64,000 nucleotides of DNA from positions 5,883 through 69,882 of the forward strand of contig CAYNBQ010000003.1 of assembly GCA_964395275.1 (NCBI GenBank). The letters are read 5' to 3'. Under the pieces are notes generated by a model. The model had not been told where the DNA came from. It saw nothing but the letters and a program-made list of their open reading frames with translations, and searched no databases. The translations under genes and the position numbers were made by a program. This DNA comes from an uncultured Verrucomicrobiota bacterium. GTDB lineage: Bacteria; Verrucomicrobiota; CALLYA01; CAYNBQ01. Shown here piece by piece: positions 53,399 through 64,000 of this stretch. Positions within the stretch are counted from its first letter, which is position 1, and each line of letters starts with the position of its first letter.

Positions 53399-55978
53399 GT
53401 GAGGCGTGTTCCGCTCGCCTTCGCCGCGGCGGCGTTCGCCGCCGGGATCGCGGGCGGGACGTCCGCGGATCCGCGAATGCTGCCGTGGCTGGCCGCAGCC
53501 GCCTGGATTCTCTGGTTTGCGGCGTATGCCGTGCGCAAGCGTGAATCCTTCCTTCCGATCGTGTTGCTGGCGTCGACCTTTGCACTGTGCGGCGCCCTGA
53601 CGGGCGCAGCCGGTCGACTGCCGCAGAGAACGGACGACCTGAGGGTCCGGGTCGGCGACCGGCCCCGGTTCGTTCGGGTGCGGGGTTTCGTCAGGGAAGG
53701 ACCGCGCCCGTTGCGACGGGAGGGCATGCGGACGGGCGAGGCGGCTCCCTACCGCTTTCTGTTCCGGGTCGAGGAAGAGTACGCCGGGCGGGAATGGCGG
53801 TCCGCCCGCGGACTCGTTCAGGTGGATGTAAGCGGCCGGGTCGCCGGCGCCGTGCGGGAACCGGCGCGGGGGGACGCCATGGAGATCGCGGGCGGACTCC
53901 GCCTGCCGCCCCGGTCCGGGCTGCCCGGGTGTCTCGGGGCGCGCGAGTTCCTCGCGGCGCGCGGGATCCATTATCGGCTGCGCTGCACGCGGAAGGCGGA
54001 CCTGGTTTTCCTGCCGGGAAAGGAGCGGCGCGGCCCGGTCGTCCTGCGCCGGGTTCGGGATGCGCTGCGCCGGCGTATCACCGCGGGACTGGAAGGGGAC
54101 CCTGTCGAGGCGGGTCTTCTGGCGGCGATCCTCCTGGGATACCGCCGCGAGATTCCCGCGGACGTCTGGGATCCCTTCACGCGGGCCGGCGCAATGCACA
54201 TCTTCGCGATCAGCGGGCTGCACGTCGGGCTTCTTGTTTTCGTCCTTGACAGTATGCTGCGCTTCGCCCGGATCCCGCGAAGGATCCGTCCGATCGTGGT
54301 CCTTCCGGCGATGTGGTTCTACGTGGTGATGACGGGTGCGCGCACCTCGGCGGTCCGGGCGTTTCTCATGGCGGCGGCGATCGTCGGCGGACGGAGTTTC
54401 AACCGGCCGCTGCACGCGTTGAACGCGCTGGGCCTGGCGGCGCTGGCTATCCTGGCGGTCCGGCCCCTTCAGTTGTTCGACGTCGGATTCCAGCTTTCCT
54501 TCGCGGTGGTGATTTCCCTGGTGCTGGTGACGGCGCCCGTGCAACGCCGGATCGGCCGCGTCACGGAACCCGATCCGTATCTGGCGCCCTCGCTGGTCGA
54601 CGAACGACGGCGGCGGATCCGGCGGTGGTCGGCCGGACCGATCGCACTGGGATCGGCGTCGCTGGCGGCCTGGATCGGGGCGACGCCGATCGGGGCGGCC
54701 CATTTCCATCTGGTGCCCGTGGTGGCGTTGGCGGGAAACCTTGTGGTGATTCCTCTCGCCTCGCTGGTCGTGGCGATCGGCCTGGCGTCGCTGGTGGGGG
54801 GCTGGATCTGGAGCGAGATCGGGATCACCTTCAACCACGCGAACCGGTTGGCGGTGGCCCTGATGGCCCGGAGCGTCGAGATCCTGGACCGGGTTCCCGG
54901 CGGCCATTTCTACGTACGGGAATTCCCGGGATGGCTGACGGCGTTCTGTTACGGATCGGTTCTGCTGTGGCTCTTCCCCGGGAGGAATTCCCGGCGGGTT
55001 CGGGTCGGCGTGGCGATTTCGATCCTCGTGCTGGCCGCGGTCGGGATGGGACGGTCCGGGAAATCCTCGCGATGGGAAGCGACCTTTCCCGCGCTGCGGG
55101 GCGGAGAATCGGTCTTCGTGGACGGTCCCGGCGGCGCCGACATGCTGGTCGACACGGGGCCGAGCTGGTCGGCGGAACCGTTGATCCTCCGCATGCTGCG
55201 GGTTCGGGGGGTCGACCGCCTGCGGTCGGTCGTTCTCACGCATCCGGACGGTCTGCACGTCGGGGGGACGGCGGTGGTGCGGGAATCCGTCCCGGTCGAT
55301 TCGTGGGCGGCCCCGCGGGGGTTCGGCGCGGAATGGGAGCGGCGGGGGATCGTCCCGTCCCCGGGAGAGGTGGCCGATGGAACGCTCGTTCTGCGCGGGC
55401 GGCGGTTCCGCGCGATCCTGGCGGCCCGCGGCGGGATGGAGGGCGGCATCTACGACCAGGGCGCCGCCGCCGTGCTGGTGGAGGGGCCGGATGCGTACGT
55501 GCTGCTGACCTCCGATGCGCCGGCATCGACCGTGCTCGGCGTTCTGGAACGCATCGATCCCGAAAAGCCGCTGATCCTCCAGTTGCCGCGGCACGGACGC
55601 TGGGATCCGGGGATCCCGGCGATGCTCGACCGGGGACGCCCCCTTCTCTGCGTGGCGGTGACGGGACGTTACGAATCGGAATCCTCGCCCGATCCCCGTA
55701 CGCTGGAGGCCGTGGAATCGCGGGCCATCCCGTGGCTGGCGACGCATCGGGCGGGAACGATCGTGCTGCGCTTCGAGGCGGGCGTCCTGGAGGTGGAATG
55801 CTGGCGGACGGATCGCGGGGGAAAGGCCCCGGACCGGATCCGATTTGACTTGCCGCACGGAAAGGGCGAAGGGTTGGGAAACGGTCTTCCCGGCGGGGTG
55901 GCGGTTGCGATCCCGGGGTCGATCGTGTGCGGGGTCCGCCGGGATGAAACGTCCGCGGCCGGGAGAGGGAAGTCATGA
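53399..55978 (+). CDS. comEC: DNA internalisation competence protein ComEC/Rec2 (with C-terminal metallo-beta-lactamase domain)
   Basis: AMHIFAISGLHVGLL competence motif in a polytopic core. C-terminal MBL (VLTHPDGLHVGG). Confidence 0.85.
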   Translation: MRRVPLAFAAAAFAAGIAGGTSADPRMLPWLAAAAWILWFAAYAVRKRESFLPIVLLASTFALCGALTGAAGRLPQRTDDLRVRVGDRPRFVRVRGFVREGPRPLRREGMRTGEAAPYRFLFRVEEEYAGREWRSARGLVQVDVSGRVAGAVREPARGDAMEIAGGLRLPPRSGLPGCLGAREFLAARGIHYRLRCTRKADLVFLPGKERRGPVVLRRVRDALRRRITAGLEGDPVEAGLLAAILLGYRREIPADVWDPFTRAGAMHIFAISGLHVGLLVFVLDSMLRFARIPRRIRPIVVLPAMWFYVVMTGARTSAVRAFLMAAAIVGGRSFNRPLHALNALGLAALAILAVRPLQLFDVGFQLSFAVVISLVLVTAPVQRRIGRVTEPDPYLAPSLVDERRRRIRRWSAGPIALGSASLAAWIGATPIGAAHFHLVPVVALAGNLVVIPLASLVVAIGLASLVGGWIWSEIGITFNHANRLAVALMARSVEILDRVPGGHFYVREFPGWLTAFCYGSVLLWLFPGRNSRRVRVGVAISILVLAAVGMGRSGKSSRWEATFPALRGGESVFVDGPGGADMLVDTGPSWSAEPLILRMLRVRGVDRLRSVVLTHPDGLHVGGTAVVRESVPVDSWAAPRGFGAEWERRGIVPSPGEVADGTLVLRGRRFRAILAARGGMEGGIYDQGAAAVLVEGPDAYVLLTSDAPASTVLGVLERIDPEKPLILQLPRHGRWDPGIPAMLDRGRPLLCVAVTGRYESESSPDPRTLEAVESRAIPWLATHRAGTIVLRFEAGVLEVECWRTDRGGKAPDRIRFDLPHGKGEGLGNGLPGGVAVAIPGSIVCGVRRDETSAAGRGKS

Positions 55979-57174
55979 GCAAGAAGAAGATCCGCATTTT
56001 CAACGGCCGGATCCTGAAGCGGGGATCCTTTGTGACCGGCCACGTTCTGGAAACCGCGGGCGACCGCATCGCGGGAATCCGTCCGGTGGGCGTTGTGCGG
56101 GATCGCAGCGCCGGGGTGGAGGCGATCGACGCTCGGGGGGGCTACATCGTGCCGGGTCTGGTGGATATCCACGTTCACGGGGGCGGGGGACACGACATGA
56201 TGGACCTCGATCCGGCGAGCCTCTGCGAGGCGGCCCGGTTCCATGCCCTGCGCGGTACGACTTCGGTGGTACCCTCGACGATCGCCTCGCCGCCGGAGGT
56301 CCTGATGCGCGCGGTGGATGTGACGCGCGAGGCCATGGACTGCGCCGACGGGGGACGGATCCTGGGGTTGCATCTCGAAGGGCCCTACATGGCGCGGACG
56401 AAACGGGGTGCGCATCCGGAGGAGTTTCTCCGGGATCCCGATCCGGCAGAGGTGGAGTCGTGGGTTGAGGCGGTTCCGGTGGTCTGCCGGGTGACGCTGG
56501 CGCCGGAGCTGCCCGGTGCGGTCGAGGCGACGGCGCGGCTGGTGTCGGCGGGGATCAAGGTTTCCCTGGGGCATTCCGAGGCGGACTACGAACAGGCGAT
56601 GGAAGCGGTCGGCGCGGGCGCCTCGATGGTGACGCATCTCTACAACGCCATGGCGGGCATGCGGAAACGGGGAGCCTACCGCGTTCCGGGGCTGGTGGAA
56701 GCGGCGTTGATCGAGGAAACCCTGATCGCGGAGATCATCGGGGACGGTCATCACGTCTGTCCGGAGCTGATGCGCCTGGCCTGGTTGTCGAAGACGGGCC
56801 GGGGCATGAGCCTGACGACCGATGCGCTCGGGGTGGCCGGTTTGCCCGAGGGCAGCCGTTTCGATCTCGGCGACGGCCTGGTGGCCGTCGTGGACGGCGG
56901 TGTCGCCAAGGTCGAGCCCGAACGCAACGTGCTGGCGGGCAGCGTCATCGTCCTGGCCGACGCGGTCCGCACGGCCGTGGAACGGGCCGGGATCTGTCCG
57001 GCCGACGCCTTCCGCTGCGCCACGGAAGTTCCCGCCCGCGCCATCGGATGGGACGACCGGATCGGCGCCCTGGAGCCGGGTATGCTGGCCGACATCGCCG
57101 TCTTCGACGAGCGGCTTCGTCCCACCGTCGTCATTGTCGGAGGAAATCGTCTCGACCTGCCCGATCCGGGTTGA
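55975..57174 (+). CDS. nagA: N-acetylglucosamine-6-phosphate deacetylase
   Basis: GLVDIHVHGGGGHD, LHLEGPY, metal-ligand His/Glu pattern. ATG overlaps the comEC stop. Confidence 0.9.
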   Translation: MSKKKIRIFNGRILKRGSFVTGHVLETAGDRIAGIRPVGVVRDRSAGVEAIDARGGYIVPGLVDIHVHGGGGHDMMDLDPASLCEAARFHALRGTTSVVPSTIASPPEVLMRAVDVTREAMDCADGGRILGLHLEGPYMARTKRGAHPEEFLRDPDPAEVESWVEAVPVVCRVTLAPELPGAVEATARLVSAGIKVSLGHSEADYEQAMEAVGAGASMVTHLYNAMAGMRKRGAYRVPGLVEAALIEETLIAEIIGDGHHVCPELMRLAWLSKTGRGMSLTTDALGVAGLPEGSRFDLGDGLVAVVDGGVAKVEPERNVLAGSVIVLADAVRTAVERAGICPADAFRCATEVPARAIGWDDRIGALEPGMLADIAVFDERLRPTVVIVGGNRLDLPDPG

Positions 57175-57188
57175 TTCGGCGGCTTCTC

Positions 57189-57219
57189 CCCGGCACGATC
57201 CCGCGGCGCCGGGCTTTTT
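57189..57219 (+). terminator. Putative intrinsic terminator (CCCGGC-loop-GCCGGG + CTTTTT)
   Basis: 6-bp GC stem with 13-nt loop followed by T5, 15 nt after the nagA stop. Confidence 0.35.
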
Positions 57220-57255
57220 GTGACCTTTTCCCGAGGAACGAGGAAGGAGACCCAC

Positions 57256-59757
57256 GTGACGACCATCATCGATCTCAACGGAGAATGGCGGTTCGCCGAA
57301 GCCGGGCCCGCCGCGGCCATGTCGGCCCGGGGACAATGGAAACCGGCCACGGTTCCGGGTTGCGTTCACCTCGACCTCTTGAACAACGGCGACATCCCCG
57401 ATCCCTTCTACGGGCGCAACGAGACGAAGGTTCAATGGGTCGAGGAACGTGACTGGATCTACCGGCGCGGCTTCGAACTCTCCGAAGAGGAACTCCTTTC
57501 CGCCCGGAGCTGGGAACTGGTCTGCGAAGGACTCGATACCGTCGCCGAGATCTCGGTGAACGGGGTGTCCGTCGGATCGGCCGACAACATGTTTCATGAA
57601 CATCGGTTCCCGGTGAAAAAGGCCCTGAAGGCGGGGGGAAACGAGATTCGAATCCGTTTCCGTTCTCCGGAGACGGTCTGCCGGGAACGATACCGGGCGC
57701 ACGAACTCAACGACGATCCGGACCGCGCCTACCCGTGGAGTCTGCGGCGGGCCTACCTGCGCAAGGCGCAGTATTCCTTCGGCTGGGACTGGGGGCCGCG
57801 GCTGGCGACCTCCGGGATCTGGCGCCCGATTTACCTGCACGGCATCGGCGATGCGGTCGTCGACGGCGTCCGGGTCTGGACGACCCCCACCCGAAGCGGC
57901 GGCGCATCGGTGGCGATCGACGCCGACGTGCGCGTGCTGAAACGGGGCCGATACCGGATCGAGATCCGTCTCGAACGCAACGGGGAAACCGTGGAGCGCG
58001 CGCTGGCGGTCGACTGGAACCGCGGGCGCCGGACGGCCCGGGCGACGCTCTTCCTCAAGAAGGCCGATCTCTGGTGGCCCCGGGGGTACGGGGAACAGCC
58101 CCTCTACGATCTCGTGCTGATCCTGCGCCGCGAAGAGGAGGGACGCCCGATCGTCGACACCTGGGCGGATCGCATCGGCATCCGGGAGATCGAGTTGGAT
58201 CGCACCCCGGATTCCGGGGGAGACGGGGAACGATTCGTCTTCCGGGTCAACGGGAAGAAGGTCTTCTGCCGCGGCGCAAACTGGGTTCCGCCGGACTCCT
58301 TCCTGCCGCGGGCGGATCCGCAGCGGTATCGCAGGCTGATCCGGATGGCCGCCGACGCCAACATGAACATGCTGCGCGTCTGGGGCGGGGGGGTCTACGA
58401 AGACGACGCCTTCTACGAGGCGTGCGACGAGGAAGGCATCCTGGTCTGGCAGGATTTCATGTTCGCCTGCGCCCCGTATCCGGAGACGGGGTGGTTCGCA
58501 AAATCCGTGGAGACCGAGGCGGAATCGGTCGTCCGGAGGCTGCGCAACCATCCCTCGCTGGCGATCTGGTGCGGGAACAACGAAAACGACTGGGGATACC
58601 GCTCCTGGGGCTGGGCCGAGGCCGGCTGGGCCTACGGCGGCGCGGTGTACCACGAGGTCCTTCCGAGGATCTGCGGCGATCTCGATCCGACCCGCCCGTA
58701 CTGGCCGAGCAGCCCCTTCGGAGGAGAGGATCCGAACAGCGAAGGATCCGGAGACCGGCACAACTGGGGGATCTGGTCCGTCTGGGAGGATTATACCGCG
58801 TACCGTCGCGACCACGGCCGTTTCCTCAGCGAATTCGGCTTCCAGGCGCCCGCCTGCAAGGCGACGCTCGACGCGGTGCTGCCCCGGGAGGAGCGTCATT
58901 CGTTGTCGGCGGCGCTCGAATGGCACGAGAAGCAGGGGGAGGGGATCGAACGGCTTTTCCGATTCCTTGCGGCGCATCTGCCGATGCCGCGGGACTTCTC
59001 GGAGTTCGTCTACCTGACCCAGATCAACCAGGCCGACGCCATCCGGTGCGGGGTGGATCACTGGCGGCGCCTGAAGTTCGACACGGCCGGAACGCTCTTC
59101 TGGCAGTTCAACGACTGCTGGCCGGTGGTGAGCTGGTCCTGCATCGACGCCGCGGACCGTCCGAAGGCGCTCTACTACGCCGCGCGGCGGTTCTTTGCGC
59201 CGCTGCGAACGGCCTGGATCCCGGACGACAAGGGGCGGCTGGAGGCATGGGCCGTCTGGGACGGACGGGGACGCGTCGATGTCGAATTCGAGGCGCGCTG
59301 GCTGCGGATCGACGGCAAGGTCTTGTGGAAAGAACGACGCGAACTGCGTCTGGGCCCGGGCAGGGCCCGCCGGGTCGTGCGCCTGCCCCACAAAATCGTG
59401 GAAGGATGCGATCCGGCCCGGCACCTGGCCGTGGCCGTTCTGCGCCGCGACGGCGGGGAGGAATCCAGGGACATCGCCGCGATGGTTCCCTTCAAGCATC
59501 TGCGGTTCGATCCTCCGAATCTGGAGGTCGTTGCGAGACCGGCGCGGGGCGGCCGGGTCAGGATCCGCGTCCGTTCGGACGGGTACGCCAAGGCGGTGGA
59601 ACTCCATGCGCCCGGGTACGACGCCGAATGGTCCGACAACTTCTTCGACCTCCTGCCGCGGGAAAGCCGGACCGTGACGGCCCGTCCCGCCGCGGGAACC
59701 GATCCCGAGAGGTTCGCCCGGCGGATCCGCGCCCGCGCCGTCCGCCCCGCGGGATGA
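57256..59757 (+). CDS. Beta-mannosidase (GH2 family)
   Basis: ...DLNGEWRFAE...WKPATVPGCVHLDLL... N-terminal sugar-binding and GH2 catalytic regions. AAGGAG RBS then GTG. Confidence 0.8.
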   Translation: MTTIIDLNGEWRFAEAGPAAAMSARGQWKPATVPGCVHLDLLNNGDIPDPFYGRNETKVQWVEERDWIYRRGFELSEEELLSARSWELVCEGLDTVAEISVNGVSVGSADNMFHEHRFPVKKALKAGGNEIRIRFRSPETVCRERYRAHELNDDPDRAYPWSLRRAYLRKAQYSFGWDWGPRLATSGIWRPIYLHGIGDAVVDGVRVWTTPTRSGGASVAIDADVRVLKRGRYRIEIRLERNGETVERALAVDWNRGRRTARATLFLKKADLWWPRGYGEQPLYDLVLILRREEEGRPIVDTWADRIGIREIELDRTPDSGGDGERFVFRVNGKKVFCRGANWVPPDSFLPRADPQRYRRLIRMAADANMNMLRVWGGGVYEDDAFYEACDEEGILVWQDFMFACAPYPETGWFAKSVETEAESVVRRLRNHPSLAIWCGNNENDWGYRSWGWAEAGWAYGGAVYHEVLPRICGDLDPTRPYWPSSPFGGEDPNSEGSGDRHNWGIWSVWEDYTAYRRDHGRFLSEFGFQAPACKATLDAVLPREERHSLSAALEWHEKQGEGIERLFRFLAAHLPMPRDFSEFVYLTQINQADAIRCGVDHWRRLKFDTAGTLFWQFNDCWPVVSWSCIDAADRPKALYYAARRFFAPLRTAWIPDDKGRLEAWAVWDGRGRVDVEFEARWLRIDGKVLWKERRELRLGPGRARRVVRLPHKIVEGCDPARHLAVAVLRRDGGEESRDIAAMVPFKHLRFDPPNLEVVARPARGGRVRIRVRSDGYAKAVELHAPGYDAEWSDNFFDLLPRESRTVTARPAAGTDPERFARRIRARAVRPAG

Positions 59758-59828
59758 CCCGAGCCCGTCTCGGCCGACCGGATGCGTCGGTGGGCGGAAC
59801 GGGGTCCCGTCGAGAGGAAACGGACGCT

Positions 59829-60233
59829 TCAGGCGTCGTGCGCGGACAGAAGCCGGACCAGGACCGTCCGGTTCCGGGGGCCGTCGAATTCCGCGAAATA
59901 GACCGCCTGCCAGGTGCCGAGTTGCAGTCGTCCCTCGGCGACGGGGATCGTGACCGACGATCCCATCATCGAGGCCTTCACATGGGCTGCGGCGTTGCCT
60001 TCGCCGTGCGCGTATCCGGCTTTCCACGGCACCGCGCGGTCGAGGGCCGTCTCCATGTCGGCGGTCACGTCCGGGTCGGCGTTCTCGTTGATGGTGATCC
60101 CGGCCGTCGTATGGGGGACGTAGACCACGACGACGCCGTTCCGGAACCCCCGTTCGCGGACGTATTCGGCGATTTTCGGGGTGAGATCCACGAATTCCGT
60201 GTGACCGCGGGTCTGCACGCTGATTCTCTTCAT
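59829..60233 (-). CDS. yjbQ: YjbQ/UPF0047-family protein (secondary thiamine-phosphate synthase-like)
   Basis: 135 aa. ...TEFVDLTPKIAEYV...VVVYVPHTTAGITINENADPDV...HVKASMMGSSVTIP. Confidence 0.75.
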   Translation of the reverse strand: MKRISVQTRGHTEFVDLTPKIAEYVRERGFRNGVVVVYVPHTTAGITINENADPDVTADMETALDRAVPWKAGYAHGEGNAAAHVKASMMGSSVTIPVAEGRLQLGTWQAVYFAEFDGPRNRTVLVRLLSAHDA

Positions 60234-60579
60234 CGTTCCTTCTCCCGTCTGCGGACAGGATGCGTCGGGATCCGCCCGATCGGAAGATCCGATTCCGGTG
60301 GTTGTTCGGCCTTTTCGGCGGGAGACGTTGGCCGGCGGACGTCGGCCCCGGGGCGATCGAAACCAGCAACGCGCGCCTCTGGAAGGCGTGTGCGCGTTGC
60401 CGGAGCGCGCTGTTCGGAATCCGACGCGAAAATCGACCGGGCGGACGAACTTCGTGCTTGCATAAGCCGGGAAATCGAGAACATACTCCGTGTTCGACAT
60501 CCCACCCCTGGAAAGAGGAATCCGGGCCTCCGGCGACAAGGGGGATGTCCGTCGGAGATCCAGGGAAAAGGAGGAGTGT

Positions 60580-61221
60580 ATGAGGAAAGGCTTCATGGCA
60601 ATGCTGGTGGTGCTGCTTGTCGCCGCCGGCGCGGCCGACGCGGCGATGATGGTGCTCTACCCCGACGAGAACATCCAGCTCTCGGCCTCGGGGTCGACGA
60701 CACGATCGCAGCATTTCAGCCCGACGGAGGCCGTGCAGCCGCTCAGCGGATCGGGGAGCCAGGAGTTCTTCAAGTCCGCGGGGTTTGCGATCGGCATGCG
60801 GGACAGCGACAATCTCCAGGGCACTCTGAGCCTGTATGCGTGGAACACGGACTATTCCACCACGGTTGCGGGTTCTCCCCTGGGGACGACGAGCGTGAAC
60901 CTGACGGGGCCGGGGGCCGGACAACCGGCCCAGGTCACCTGGGTCGATGTCGTGCTCTCGTCGCCGGTGGCGGCATCCGGCCAGTATCTGCTGGATCTCG
61001 TGGTGACGGGATACACGCAGAATCCGGGCGGAAGCCCCGGCTGGAGCCTGCAGAAAATGGACAGCGGAAACGGCGGTCCGAACAACGACGCGTTCAACAA
61101 CGGGTCGATCAAGACCGACCGCGAGTACCTGGTCCGGGTGGATGCGGTTCCCGAGCCGGCGACGATGTCGCTGCTCGGCATGGCCGCTCTCGCCCTCTGC
61201 GGGCGTCTGCGCCGCAGGTAG
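60580..61221 (+). CDS. PEP-CTERM sorting-domain secreted protein
   Basis: Signal peptide. C-terminal VPEPATMSLLGMAALALCGRLRRR is a PEP motif plus TM plus Arg-rich tail. AAGGAGGAG RBS. Confidence 0.7.
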   Translation: MRKGFMAMLVVLLVAAGAADAAMMVLYPDENIQLSASGSTTRSQHFSPTEAVQPLSGSGSQEFFKSAGFAIGMRDSDNLQGTLSLYAWNTDYSTTVAGSPLGTTSVNLTGPGAGQPAQVTWVDVVLSSPVAASGQYLLDLVVTGYTQNPGGSPGWSLQKMDSGNGGPNNDAFNNGSIKTDREYLVRVDAVPEPATMSLLGMAALALCGRLRRR

Positions 61222-61314
61222 GTTCTCGAGAACCGGACGGGTCGTCTCCCCCGGGGGACGGCCCGTTTCTCTTTTCCGGGAGATGCCGGGGGGGACCAGC
61301 GGCGGGAACCCGGC

Positions 61315-62190
61315 TCAGCGGCGGCGCTCCTTTACCTTGATGTCCAGAAAGACCTTGCGATCCAGGGCGCGTTCGATCTCCCGCCGGGCGGCGGTGCCGA
61401 TCCGTCGGATCGTGGCGCCGCCGGCGCCGATGAAAAGACCGCGCTGGCGGGCTTCGGCGACGCGGATCCGGGCGTTGACGTAGAGGACGCCGTTCGGTCG
61501 TTCGGCCAGTTCTTCCACGCGCACCGTGGCGGTGTAGGGCAGTTCCTGTTCCATCACCTCGAAGACCTTTTCCCGGATCTGTTCCGCGATCCAGACGTCC
61601 AGGGGGAGGTCGGTCCTGGCGTCTCTCGGGTAGAGGGGCTTGGCCTCGGGCAGCAGCCCGAACAGGTGTTCGACCAGTCGATTCAGCCCGGTGCCCAGCA
61701 GAGCCGAGATTTCGAAGATCGCCGGGTAGTCGGCCACGAGACGGCGGGCGATCTCGAGATTGTCCCGCGAGGCCGCGTCGATCTTGTTCAGGGCGGCCAC
61801 CCGGGGGACGCCGGATCCCCGGAGAAGATCGTCCACGGAAGAAGCCTCCCCGGGATGCGGCGGGCGCGAGGCGTCGATCAGGCGCACGACGGCATCGACG
61901 CCCTGGAGGGACCTCTTGAACGCGCCGCGCAGGGAGACCGGCACCCGCTTCGGCTGGGCGCGCACGAACCCCGGGGTGTCGACGAGAACGATCTGCCCTT
62001 CGGGCCGGTTCAGGACCCCGCGCACCGCGTACCAGGTCGTCTGGGGCTTCGAACTGATGATCGAAACCTTCCAGCCGACCAGGGTGTTCACCAAGGTGCT
62101 CTTGCCGGCATTCGGTTCGCCGAAAATCGAGACCATTCCCGATCGGAGCCTGGGCTCGGCCGACGGCTGGGGATCGTTCGTCGTTTCCAT
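61315..62190 (-). CDS. era: GTPase Era
   Basis: G1 GEPNAGKST, G3 DTPG, G4 NKID, C-terminal KH domain. Confidence 0.9.
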   Translation of the reverse strand: METTNDPQPSAEPRLRSGMVSIFGEPNAGKSTLVNTLVGWKVSIISSKPQTTWYAVRGVLNRPEGQIVLVDTPGFVRAQPKRVPVSLRGAFKRSLQGVDAVVRLIDASRPPHPGEASSVDDLLRGSGVPRVAALNKIDAASRDNLEIARRLVADYPAIFEISALLGTGLNRLVEHLFGLLPEAKPLYPRDARTDLPLDVWIAEQIREKVFEVMEQELPYTATVRVEELAERPNGVLYVNARIRVAEARQRGLFIGAGGATIRRIGTAARREIERALDRKVFLDIKVKERRR

Positions 62191-62357
62191 GGGGTTGCGT
62201 CCCGGATCGTGCCCTTTGTGCCGTGCGGGGTCAACGGTCCCTGCGGCGCATCCGGGGAGATCGGACGGAGGCGGTCTCCGGGATCGTGGGCCCCTCCGGC
62301 GCGCCGCCGGCCGGGGATCTTCACGCTTCACGAGGCCGTCTCCGGGGCCTATTCTGA

Positions 62358-64000
<1,643 letters not shown>

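Overview
This is a high-GC (about 70%) bacterial chromosomal window. It is mostly core genome.

Positions 1-12083 hold a complete, collinear ribosomal-protein superoperon on the + strand. The spc-type segment runs rplV (partial), rpsC, rplP, rpmC, rpsQ, rplN, rplX, rplE, rpsN (Zn-ribbon type), rpsH, rplF, rplR, rpsE, rplO, secY, adk, map, infA, rpmJ. The alpha segment runs rpsM, rpsK, rpsD, rpoA, rplQ. There is no rpmD (L30). tldD and pmbA are translationally coupled to rplQ.

The rest of the window encodes the following, in order:
- trxB;
- a divergent ECF sigma / anti-sigma / Spy-like periplasmic protein operon;
- a tightly coupled 7-gene operon of unknown function (a MutL/GlmL-like ASKHA ATPase plus soluble and membrane proteins);
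- an M20 amidohydrolase;
- a roughly 1.7 kb region free of protein-coding genes that contains a strong sigma70-like promoter, a roughly 1.1 kb purine-rich transcript-like segment and a U-tract terminator (candidate large structured ncRNA);
- an outer-membrane beta-barrel protein, fmt, gcvH, a URO-D-family protein and an MFS transporter;
- mraZ outside a dcw cluster;
- an ACT-domain protein, upp, serS and an HTH-PTS-EIIA fusion;
- a tRNA(CAU) followed by tandem roughly 100 bp direct repeats;
- a split transketolase;
- a TetR / periplasmic-adaptor / RND efflux operon with a palindromic operator;
- lepB;
- an H-X9-DG pseudopilin-like protein;
- a large secreted LTD (lamin tail domain) protein next to ridA and comEC;
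- nagA, a GH2 beta-mannosidase, yjbQ, a PEP-CTERM protein, era, and the 5' part of a pyruvate:ferredoxin oxidoreductase.

The PEP-CTERM protein, the H-X9-DG protein, the absent L30 and the high GC content suggest a PVC-superphylum-like lineage (low confidence).

No CRISPR arrays, rRNA genes or clear mobile elements were seen. The many long antisense ORFs in the track are GC-driven artefacts.

Coordinates for features without ORF-track support (tRNA, repeats, promoters, operator, rpmJ) are approximate to within 1-2 nt.
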